Positions 18,366-27,097 of a stretch of 64,000 bases of DNA are shown here, in pieces. The notes under the pieces were generated by a model. The model was not told the DNA's origin. It was given only the letters and a program-made list of their open reading frames with translations, and searched no databases. Within the stretch, counting starts at the first letter, position 1. The number at the start of each line of letters is the position of its first letter. A program made the translations under genes and the position numbers. This DNA is from an uncultured Candidatus Saccharibacteria bacterium (GTDB lineage Bacteria; Patescibacteriota; Dojkabacteria; GCA-002793355), in NCBI GenBank assembly GCA_964525295.1, contig CAZGEO010000001.1:504662-568661 (forward strand), in the 5' to 3' direction.

Positions 18366-18580
18366 AGTATCGAGTTAAATATATCAATGTTTGTCACTAT
18401 ACTAATATATACCACTCAAAATAGTTTGTCAATAAATTTGCTATGTTTTACACTCAAGCTCAAAACTAAGAAACTAAGTATAAATTTAAAGCTTCGCTTT
18501 CTTATTATAATGTCGTTTCAGGTAAAATTGGGTAATGTATAAGCCGATTTAATACGGGAATAATTAATTATTAAAACAAA

Positions 18581-19657
18581 ATGAATGAAGCTGTAAATAA
18601 GTATCTTGAGGAAGTACAAAGCAAGTTTAAAACTGGACACGCTAGAGAACACGCCTATCACCCAGCGTTACAAAAACTTATTGAAGATATTAATAGCTCA
18701 ATCAATGCGGTAAATGACCCAAAACAACAAAAGGTCGGTGCTCCTGATTTTGTTTTACTAAAAAGTAAAACACCTATCGGCTATGTAGAAGCAAAAGACA
18801 TAGATATTGCACTTGATAAAGAATTTAAAACAAAGAATCAATTTAACAGATATAAAGCCTCACTCAATAACTTGTGTTTTACGAATTATCTCGACTTTCA
18901 CTTTTACCTAAATGGTGAAGAAGTAGCAAAAGTTGCTATCGGAAAACTGGAAAATAACAAAATCGAAGTTTTACCAGATAATATTCCACTGCTTGAAAGC
19001 TTACTCAAGAATTTTACAACACAGAAATCTATTTCTATCAGAAGCCCGAAAGAACTTGCTTCTCTTATGGCTGAAAAAGCAAAGATGCTTAAGAATGTTG
19101 TTTATTTGTCATTAAAAGAAGAATCAGAAGTTAAAGGACAAGTTGAACAACAATACCAAGTGTTTAAGCAAATGCTTATTCATGACTTATCACTTGAACA
19201 ATACGCTGATTTATACGCTCAGACTGTTGCTTACGGAATGTTTGCGACTAGATACTACGACCCTTCTTTGGAGAACTTTAATAGAGGTGAAGCAAACAAG
19301 CTTTTGCCAAAGTCAAACCTTTTTTTGCAGAACTTCTTGAAAACTATGGAAAAGATACAAAACGAAGTGATGTCATTGTTCCTTTTACGAAACTTTCTTG
19401 GCAGAATATGACCCTAAAATGCGTAAATCAAGAGGTGTTTACTATACTCCTGAACCAGTAGTTGATTTTATCGTAAGGGCTGTTGATGACATTTTGAAAA
19501 CCTAGTTTGGAATTACTGACGAATTAGCAGATATAAGCAAGATTGAAGTTGAAAAAGAGTTACAGGGTAATAAGAAGAAGCAGAAAGTAACGGAACACAG
19601 TATTCAAGTTCTTGATCCTGCGACTGGGACAGGTATATTCCGAAATCTTGCCACCCT
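18581..19657 (+). pseudogene. N-terminal remnant (~330 aa equivalent) of a Type IIG restriction-modification / BREX PglX-like N6-adenine DNA methyltransferase; frameshift near 19395-19411, in-frame TAG at 19507-19509, truncated right after motif I
   Basis: ORF 18581..19411, then in the +1 frame YDPKMRKSRGVYYTPEPVVDFIVRAV, then TAG, then ...HSIQVLDPATGTGIF (motif I). This runs in frame into the RibB-like/E1-alpha gene, and no catalytic NPPY/DPPY region follows. Confidence 0.6.
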
Positions 19658-19682
19658 ATCTGTGTTGAGTTATACTTATGTT

Positions 19683-21269
19683 ATGTCAGAACAGATAAAA
19701 CGTATTGTTAAATCAGGCAATCCCTTTCTTATTTATCATAATTCTGAAAATGAGACGGCGTTAGTGATTCCTGCAGAATTCATGACTGAAGCAAAATATA
19801 GATTATTTCGAGAATATGCAACCTCTGATGTCGCAATGATGTTTCCTGTAGACATTGCAGAAAGTCTTGGAATCGAGTACATCTCAGACGCACTATTTCT
19901 TAGTGCAGAATACGATTCAATTGTAGATAGTGCAGTAAGAAAATCTCACGCTGGACCAACCCTCGATTTAAAAAGTGTTGAAACAGGAAGTGCTGATGCG
20001 GACAAGGTCAAGACAATAACAAGATTTGCAGAAGTTATATCTTCTCAGAACTTCACAGATTTTTTCAATGAATTCTCAATACCAGGGCATGTTAGAACTT
20101 ATCTTGCCGACCAAGATTTATTAGATGGGCGTAGTGGTCACACTGAGTTAGGTGTATACTTGTCACTTTACACACAGCTTTCAGGTGTCGTATGTATGGT
20201 GACTATTAGAGATAAGGTAACTGGAAAACCATTCAACCTTATTGAGTCGGAGCGTTTTGCAGAAAAAAATAATTACACAATCTTCTATGAGAATGATATT
20301 TTAGACCTATATAGACGGGAGTTTTTACCTTACTGTAAAGCGTCGTTTGAGCAAAAGCAAAACAAGATTATTGAAGATTATAGAAAACTACTAGATATCA
20401 GAAAGTTTGAACAAACCTTAGAAAAGTTGTTTAAAAGTCAAAAAATTCGAGGTTCCTATCATTTAGCCATTGGACAAGAGGCAACAGGAGTGGCTTTAGG
20501 TAAAGTCATTAGCTTGAAAGAAGGAGATAGCGCATTTGTAACACATAGGGGACATCATATTGCTCTCGGTTTAGGGTTAAATAGTCGAGATTTTTTCTTT
20601 GAATGTATTGGAAGTGAACAAGGTCTAAACAACGGGAGATCTGGTCCTATGCACTTTTTTTACAAGCCTAATGGATTAATAAGCGCGAATGGTATTGTAG
20701 CTGCAAATGCACCTATTGCTGCAGGTCTTGCACTGTCAAACAAGCTTAAAAATAATAATAACGTAGTTGTTAATGTTGTAGGAGAAGGCTCCTTAGATGA
20801 AGGAGTCGTGCATGAAACATTGACAGATATGAAAATATGGGGAATTCCATTGATAATACTATGTGAAAATAATTTTTATTCTCAGTCTACGGTAATTGAA
20901 AAACATTTGCCATATGAGAGAGTCACAACAGCGATGCGACAGTTTTACGGCATCAAAGTAGAAAGAATCGAAAATGGTACCGATTTAATTCATTTACAAA
21001 AAAGGCTTAATCATATTGTAGGATGGGTAAGAAAAAATAAAATGCCGGTTTTTGTTGAAATTCAAACATATCGCCAATGTGGACATTCGATGAGTGATAC
21101 TGAGCAAAGTTATATGGATCCGAGTTTAGATTCTGCTTGGCTTAGAAAAGACCCGGTAAGCTTATTGAAACAGTATATTTTAAATCATAATCTTTCAAAT
21201 AACGCTGCTTTAGAAAAGATAGAATCAGAAGTTATAGAATTTTATATGAATCTAGAAACACAAGTATGA
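19683..21269 (+). CDS. Fusion protein: degenerate RibB-like (3,4-dihydroxy-2-butanone-4-phosphate synthase-like) N-domain + TPP-dependent 2-oxoacid dehydrogenase E1 alpha subunit
   Basis: The N-terminal ~200 aa align to RibB (PGHVRTYLADQDLLDGRSGHTE) but the acidic DDEDRENEGD motif is replaced by YHNSENETAL. The C-terminal E1-alpha has YHLAIGQEA, GSEQGLNNGRSGPMH and a TPP motif GEGSLDEG...ENNFY. The likely leaderless start is ATG 19683 (TATACT 6 nt upstream); the track start is 19662. Confidence 0.7.
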   Translation: MSEQIKRIVKSGNPFLIYHNSENETALVIPAEFMTEAKYRLFREYATSDVAMMFPVDIAESLGIEYISDALFLSAEYDSIVDSAVRKSHAGPTLDLKSVETGSADADKVKTITRFAEVISSQNFTDFFNEFSIPGHVRTYLADQDLLDGRSGHTELGVYLSLYTQLSGVVCMVTIRDKVTGKPFNLIESERFAEKNNYTIFYENDILDLYRREFLPYCKASFEQKQNKIIEDYRKLLDIRKFEQTLEKLFKSQKIRGSYHLAIGQEATGVALGKVISLKEGDSAFVTHRGHHIALGLGLNSRDFFFECIGSEQGLNNGRSGPMHFFYKPNGLISANGIVAANAPIAAGLALSNKLKNNNNVVVNVVGEGSLDEGVVHETLTDMKIWGIPLIILCENNFYSQSTVIEKHLPYERVTTAMRQFYGIKVERIENGTDLIHLQKRLNHIVGWVRKNKMPVFVEIQTYRQCGHSMSDTEQSYMDPSLDSAWLRKDPVSLLKQYILNHNLSNNAALEKIESEVIEFYMNLETQV

Positions 21270-22195
21270 AATATTTAGATGCTATCACGAGCTGTTTAAA
21301 GTTTGAACTATCAAAAGAGAATTTATATATTCTTGGACAGGATTTACTCAATTGGAAGGGGCGGGGTCGCTTCTTACATTCATTAATAACTGATTATAGT
21401 GACAAGATAATTGATACTCCAATTTCTGAATCCGCAACTTCAGGAATCGCAACCGGTTTAGCACTGGGAGGATTCAGAGTTATGGTGGAATATGCATTTT
21501 TAGATTTTATATTACATAGTACGGATCAAATAGTTAACAATTCGACTAAGCTTCAATTCTTTGCGGGTTCAAAACACGCCATAAATCTACCAATCGTCTA
21601 TTACTCAACGATTAATTCTGCTATGGGATATGGAGCAACTCATTCACAACCATTGGAGTATCTTTTCTGTAATATTCCTAATTTATTAACAGTTTATCCT
21701 TCCAATAGTACGGATGCTCAGTCTCTATTAAAGGAGGCTCTGAATGCCTCTTCGCCTACCCTTTTTATAAATCATAAACTACTCCACGATACTGAGGACG
21801 ATTTACCCGTAATAGATGCCGGTAAGGCACGAGTTTTTTCTCAAACTAATGATAAGTCGGAAAAGATTGTAATTGTAACTTATGGAAGATCTACTCAATT
21901 GGTTCGAGAAATTTTGACTCAACTTCCAGAACCAGTATATCATGTGGATTTAAGATATCTATCGAAATTTGATTATCAATCAATCCTTCATCCTGCAAGA
22001 AAAATAGTATTTGTAGAGGAAGGTTCTGGTGTGATTATGAAACAGCTTATTGCTGATTTAGTAACCTATTACAACTTAACCTCGAAAGATATCAGATTGA
22101 TAAGCTCAAAAGCTATGCAAATTGGTGCCGGAAGAGCACATGAAGAAATGGTCTTTGTTTCAAAGTCTGATATTTTAGATGCAATACAGTCCTAA
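21266..22195 (+). CDS. TPP-dependent dehydrogenase E1 beta subunit / transketolase-like pyrimidine-binding + C-terminal domains (divergent)
   Basis: 4-nt overlap with E1-alpha and an E1-beta-like layout (TPISESATSGIATGLALGGFRVMVEY). No E2/E3 is nearby. Confidence 0.65.
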   Translation: MKYLDAITSCLKFELSKENLYILGQDLLNWKGRGRFLHSLITDYSDKIIDTPISESATSGIATGLALGGFRVMVEYAFLDFILHSTDQIVNNSTKLQFFAGSKHAINLPIVYYSTINSAMGYGATHSQPLEYLFCNIPNLLTVYPSNSTDAQSLLKEALNASSPTLFINHKLLHDTEDDLPVIDAGKARVFSQTNDKSEKIVIVTYGRSTQLVREILTQLPEPVYHVDLRYLSKFDYQSILHPARKIVFVEEGSGVIMKQLIADLVTYYNLTSKDIRLISSKAMQIGAGRAHEEMVFVSKSDILDAIQS

Positions 22196-22399
22196 GAGGC
22201 TTTATTTTTGACGCTGTTTCAGAGCATTCGAACTTAATTAATCAACCCTAGAATAATGGCCACAGATCTACTTGTATTTAAGCTCGTCGATTAGCGTTAA
22301 TGTTTTGCCTTTTCCTGGGCCAAATTGCACAGGGGATGGAGGAATCTTCCTTAATAGTTCTACCAAGAATAAGAGTGCGAATAAGCGACCTCATCGTCC

Positions 22400-22514
22400 G
22401 TTTTTACAAAAATTCTCTCCTTCCTTACAAAAAAGAAAATTCTTTCTTTTTTGTTACAGTCAGGATCCGAATTTTGTAAAAATCGGTATTAAGGAGGGAG
22501 TTTTTGTAAAAAAG
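22400..22514. repeat. Array of four palindromic TTTTTGTAAAAA / TTTTTACAAAAA motifs inside a 520-bp non-coding region
   Basis: gtttttacaaaaa (22400), ttacaaaaaag (22425), attttgtaaaaa (22471), tttttgtaaaaaa (22501). Confidence 0.5.
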
Positions 22515-22713
22515 GAAAATGGTTGTTGGGATTTGAAACTTGAGGAGAACATGACCAACGTCATGTTTGACGAGAGCGGGGCTGCGCCTAACAACATTTA
22601 GAGTATATATGTGCATTTTCAGTGATGAAGAATGAATCCTGAAAATGTTGGGTAGCCGAATCCCGGCATGATGCATTCTTTGTTTCAATAAAACTGTAGT
22701 AAAATTCACTATT

Positions 22714-23214
22714 ATGCTACAAACCTCCGATGAACTTATAGATATAGTCAATGACAAAGACATTGTAATAGGTCAAGATTTCAAGGTAAATGTTCACGCA
22801 AAAAGTAGAGTTTTACACCGCGAAATTGGCGTACTTATCTGTGATGAAAAGGGAAGATTTTTACTGCAACAGCGAAGTTTTAAGAAGAAATTCTTTCCGG
22901 GCACCTGGAGTGTTAGTGCAGTTGGGCATGTGCCGGCAGGCATGACCCCCGAAGAAGCAGCGCACAAAGAATTATTTGAGGAGTTGGGGTTTGATACCGA
23001 ATTACAATTCATAGAAAAGCGCGTCTACGATTCGGGAGAACACTGTTCTTTTGGATATTTTTATAAAGGTCTTTGTTCAAGTGAGGTGAAAATCAAACTA
23101 GATCCAAACGAGGTTGAGCAGGCAAAATTTGTTACAAAAGAAGAATTACATCAAATGATGCACTGTGGAATCGTTGATTACCATACTGTTGAAACAATTA
23201 ACAAGTTCGGTTAA
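22714..23214 (+). CDS. NUDIX hydrolase, isopentenyl-diphosphate delta-isomerase (type 1)-like
   Basis: Nudix box GHVPAGMTPEEAAHKELFEELGF. HREIGVLICDEKGRFLLQQRSFKKKFFPGTWSVSAVGH parallels the IDI KK.WPG.W..S.CGH motif. Confidence 0.6.
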   Translation: MLQTSDELIDIVNDKDIVIGQDFKVNVHAKSRVLHREIGVLICDEKGRFLLQQRSFKKKFFPGTWSVSAVGHVPAGMTPEEAAHKELFEELGFDTELQFIEKRVYDSGEHCSFGYFYKGLCSSEVKIKLDPNEVEQAKFVTKEELHQMMHCGIVDYHTVETINKFG

Positions 23215-23933
23215 GCGTATTTTCGTGCCAAAAACATTAATCGTGTAGGGATCACAGAGTATTTATAAAAATTGGCTGGCTCGACTCTCCCCTGTTCTAG
23301 TGGTGTAGGTTCCCAAATATTTTCAATATACATCTCCGCTTTACGTAAAGAATGCAAATAATCACTAAATGTGTGTTGTTGAATAGTTAATTGAGTACCC
23401 CAGGGAGTTAGAATATTTCGTGATTGAGGAGCAAAATATGAGTATTTGCGATTATTTATCCAACGCATAGGATGGGCTGTGATTGCGAGCATGCAACCAT
23501 CTTGAACAAGGGAAGTGCTTATCTGTTGAAAAATTGAGATCAATTCTTCTGTTACAAAAAAATGCAACACATGAACAGAAATGCAAAGATCGAATTTTTC
23601 GGCTTTGAGCTCTTTGATCGTAGTAAAATTTTTCACATCACCAAGAAAAATATGTGAAGAGGGAAAATCGTTTTTTGCTTCTTGCAGGAAAGTTTCATCG
23701 ACATCGATGCCATAAATGTTCTCTTCTTTGAATCCTTTCTTAATTAAATATTCGAATATTTTACCGCTTCCGCAACCCAAATCGAGTACTTTGAGATCTT
23801 CGACTTTCTTAGCGCATGTTGAAAGATAAAGATCAAGAATTTCTAGAAATTTTGGTAAATCTACATATTTCCAGCTAAACAGATTATGTTCTTGTTGGGC
23901 ATATTTTTTTCCAAGTCCTTTGATTGCTACCAT
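23211..23933 (-). CDS. Class I SAM-dependent methyltransferase
   Basis: Motif I VLDLGCGSGKIFEYL, acidic residue after beta-2 (GIDVDE). Confidence 0.7.
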   Translation of the reverse strand: MVAIKGLGKKYAQQEHNLFSWKYVDLPKFLEILDLYLSTCAKKVEDLKVLDLGCGSGKIFEYLIKKGFKEENIYGIDVDETFLQEAKNDFPSSHIFLGDVKNFTTIKELKAEKFDLCISVHVLHFFVTEELISIFQQISTSLVQDGCMLAITAHPMRWINNRKYSYFAPQSRNILTPWGTQLTIQQHTFSDYLHSLRKAEMYIENIWEPTPLEQGRVEPANFYKYSVIPTRLMFLARKYA

Positions 23934-23987
23934 TTTCTAGAGTACTCCCGAAAATGGCTTTTGGCAATAGTTTGAGTATAATACCGT

Positions 23988-24314
23988 ATGAATGAAGATT
24001 TGATTTTGCAATATTATAGGAATCCAGAACATTATCGAATTATCGACGGAATTATTCCTATTGCAAGCCTAAATCCAACCTGTGGAGACGAATTGTTGTT
24101 CTACATAAAAAGAAATGATGCGGGCGAAATTGTAGACATGACTTATCAAGGAGCAGCATGCTCTGTTTGTCTTGCATCTGCCGAAATCGTTTGCGAATTC
24201 GCTGAGAAAAACAAGCGATTAATGACCAGTGATGAATTGTTGAAATTACTTGAGATGACACCAGATCATAAGCGTTTGCGCTGCGCAACCCTAGCGATAG
24301 TTAGCAATTCCTAG
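23988..24314 (+). CDS. SufU/IscU/NifU-like Fe-S cluster scaffold protein (N-terminal NifU domain)
   Basis: NPTCGD...YQGAACSVCLASAE with three conserved Cys. Confidence 0.6.
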   Translation: MNEDLILQYYRNPEHYRIIDGIIPIASLNPTCGDELLFYIKRNDAGEIVDMTYQGAACSVCLASAEIVCEFAEKNKRLMTSDELLKLLEMTPDHKRLRCATLAIVSNS

Positions 24315-24377
24315 TGCCCAATTTTTCAAGAACAATATTTCAATGCGCCAACTCAATTGGAAGTTGATAATTGGCAG

Positions 24378-25145
24378 TTATCTTCCAACTTCAGGAAGTG
24401 CTTTCATGAGGAAGGTGTCATTAACGGTCGTTGGAAGTTTACCATCCCATTTCTCGATAAACATTTTGCGAAGAGTGAATTCGTTGAGTGATTCAGCTTG
24501 CAATTTGTATTTTTCTACCTCTTTTTTAGCCTGATCAAGCTCGTATGATGCCTGTTTTGCTTTCTGCTCTGCAACTTGTTTAGCCTCGATTGCGTTAGAA
24601 AATTGAGCGCTAAATTGGAAGTTCGTAATTGCGACAGTCTCTAACGTAACATTGTAACCCTGCAATTTATCGGATAATTGTAGGTCAACTTCTTGTTTAA
24701 CTGCTTCTCTCTTGGTAATAAGTTCCTCTGCAGTGAATTTTGCAGTTGTTTGCTTTACTGCCTCTTGAATGATTGGTTGCAGAATAACATCTTTCACATT
24801 TTCATCAACACCAATTTGCGTATAGAGTTTTGTGACATCATTTTTATTGATTCGATAGACAACTGCGATAGTTGTGTTGACGTCTTGTAAGTCTTTTGTT
24901 GCTGCTTGAGCTTCAGCTTCGTATTTCTGTGATCGAAGATTGAAGACAATAACTTTATCAATGAAAGGGACTCTCCAGTTCAAACCAGGGTCGAGAATTC
25001 TTCCTGAAAGGCTACCAAATCTGGTTACAATACCAACTGAACCAGTATCGATGGTCTTTACTGGGTTCCCTGCTGCAGCCACTATGAGGGCAACTGCGAT
25101 CAATGCGATTGTTGTGAATAATTTTGTTGAATTTTGTTGTGTCAT
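24378..25145 (-). CDS. SPFH/band-7 (prohibitin/HflC-like) membrane protein
   Basis: N-terminal TM, then PVKTIDTGSVGIVTRFGSLSGRILDPGLNWRVPFIDKV and a coiled-coil tail. Confidence 0.75.
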   Translation of the reverse strand: MTQQNSTKLFTTIALIAVALIVAAAGNPVKTIDTGSVGIVTRFGSLSGRILDPGLNWRVPFIDKVIVFNLRSQKYEAEAQAATKDLQDVNTTIAVVYRINKNDVTKLYTQIGVDENVKDVILQPIIQEAVKQTTAKFTAEELITKREAVKQEVDLQLSDKLQGYNVTLETVAITNFQFSAQFSNAIEAKQVAEQKAKQASYELDQAKKEVEKYKLQAESLNEFTLRKMFIEKWDGKLPTTVNDTFLMKALPEVGR

Positions 25146-25229
25146 TGGTAAGTATATCGTGAAAAAGCTGTATAATACAATACTGCCAGAATTTTAAAAC
25201 ACTAGTAATACATTAGAAATTATACGTAG

Positions 25230-27083
25230 ATGGGCAATAATACCGACATTCAAGAAGTTAAGGCTCGTGCAGACATCGTTCAAGTCGTGTCTCGGTATGT
25301 CAATTTAAAGAAATCAAGCGCAAATTTTGTCGGCCTCTGCCCTTTTCATGGAGAGAAAACGCCATCATTTAACGTCAACCCAGCATTGGGTATTTATAAA
25401 TGTTTTGGGTGCGGAGTTACTGGAGATGTGATCAAGTTTATTCAAGAAATTGAACATATAGAATTTCCTCAGGCACTCGAAAAATTGGCAGATGAGTTTG
25501 GCGTGAAGTTACATAAAGCAGATGATCCTAACGTCAAGTTAGTTGGTAAGTTGCGGGAAATTAATAAGTTGGCGGCTGAATTCTTCCATTACATGCTGAC
25601 TAAGCACCCTTCGGGTGTTGATTGTTTGGAATACACGCTAAAAAAACGTAGACTATCAAAAGAGACTATCGTTGCAAATAAGATAGGTTTTGCTCCGAAA
25701 GATAGTTTTGTCTTACAAAATTTTCTTAAGAAAAAAGGGTTTACACTTCAAGAGATTCATGATGCAGGGTTAATAAATGAGAAAGGTTATGATAAATATA
25801 CCGACAGATTGATGTTTCCGGTATTTGATCTGAGTGGGCACGTCGTTGCGTTTAGCGGAAGGGTCTACAGAAAAGAAGATGAGCGACCAAAATATTTGAA
25901 CTCTCCTGAAACTTTAGTATTTAAAAAACGTTTTACGCTGTTTGGGCTTTATGGTGCCAAAGATCAAATAGCTAAACAGAATATTGCGATACTTTGTGAG
26001 GGCCAAATAGATGCCATCGTTTCGCAACAGGTTGGGGTTAAGCATACTGCCACACCACTTGGTACGGGGTTAACAGATACTCAACTCTCAATATTAAGTA
26101 GATTTACAAAAAATGTTGCCTTTTGTTTTGATAATGATGCTGCTGGGCAGAAATCAATAATGCGTGGCGTTCAGTTGGCGCTTGCGCAAGATATGAGGCC
26201 TTTTTTGATTCTCTTGCCAGAAGATGTCAAAGATATCGATGACTTAGTACAAAAAAGGCCAGACGATTGGATTGATAGAGCGACTCATCCACTAGATTTT
26301 TTTGAGTACCAGATTACGCAATTGAAACAGTTGATTAAAAAAGATATGGCGACATTTGAGAAACGTTTGCAAGAAGTTCTTGCAGTTGCCGGAGCAGCCA
26401 CAGAATTGAAGCAAGGGATTATTGCGAAGCAATTCGCGGAATCGTTAGGATTAGGTGAGCAGGGACTTTTAGCTGCAATGCGCAAATCGGCACCAGTGAG
26501 TCTCATTCGTGATGAAATGAAGCAAAAACAAGGGGCGCTAACTACTGCAGAATATGTTTTGAGCGTGGTTATCGCATTTCCTCTAGTGACTTTGGTCATG
26601 GGTAATATCGAAAAAGTATCGCTTTATTTTGTGACTGCAGATCAACAGCAATTGTTCAGAAAGTTGTATGAGTTCGCAAAATTGCACGAGAATATAGTTA
26701 CTAGCGTTCAAGATAAAAAGACAAAAGAATTGCAGGTTTCTTGGGAGATAGTCTATGGTAGATTTTTAAATGAATTAATGGCAGATTACTCACTATACTT
26801 AGGTAAAATTCAAGAAGAAGAGCCGTCATTGGCGACTCTTCTCGAGCGGGTTGGACTTGCGGAACAGACCTCGAATATTTCGATAACTGATGAAATCGTG
26901 ACCGATTTTTTCCAGGCCTGGATTCGCTTACAGCGCCAAATGGTTAATGCGCGACTCGAAATGTTAAGAAAAAAACTCGGTGCTGCAGAATTATCGCAAG
27001 ATGAGAAGACAATAGAACAACTGCAAGCAGAAACAATTGAATTGATGATCCTTTTACGTAAAATTGAGAAGAAGACAAAGTAA
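25230..27083 (+). CDS. dnaG: DNA primase
   Basis: CHC2 zinc finger CPFHGEKTPSF...CFGCG, TOPRIM EGQIDA / DNDAAG. Confidence 0.9.
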   Translation: MGNNTDIQEVKARADIVQVVSRYVNLKKSSANFVGLCPFHGEKTPSFNVNPALGIYKCFGCGVTGDVIKFIQEIEHIEFPQALEKLADEFGVKLHKADDPNVKLVGKLREINKLAAEFFHYMLTKHPSGVDCLEYTLKKRRLSKETIVANKIGFAPKDSFVLQNFLKKKGFTLQEIHDAGLINEKGYDKYTDRLMFPVFDLSGHVVAFSGRVYRKEDERPKYLNSPETLVFKKRFTLFGLYGAKDQIAKQNIAILCEGQIDAIVSQQVGVKHTATPLGTGLTDTQLSILSRFTKNVAFCFDNDAAGQKSIMRGVQLALAQDMRPFLILLPEDVKDIDDLVQKRPDDWIDRATHPLDFFEYQITQLKQLIKKDMATFEKRLQEVLAVAGAATELKQGIIAKQFAESLGLGEQGLLAAMRKSAPVSLIRDEMKQKQGALTTAEYVLSVVIAFPLVTLVMGNIEKVSLYFVTADQQQLFRKLYEFAKLHENIVTSVQDKKTKELQVSWEIVYGRFLNELMADYSLYLGKIQEEEPSLATLLERVGLAEQTSNISITDEIVTDFFQAWIRLQRQMVNARLEMLRKKLGAAELSQDEKTIEQLQAETIELMILLRKIEKKTK

Positions 27084-27097
27084 CAGTACAATAGGCT

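Noticed and set aside
22272-22763. ORFs 22272..22601 (+) and 22425..22763 (-)
   Set aside because: They overlap each other in a repeat-rich non-coding region, their translations are low-complexity with no motifs, and the region is treated as regulatory or boundary DNA instead.
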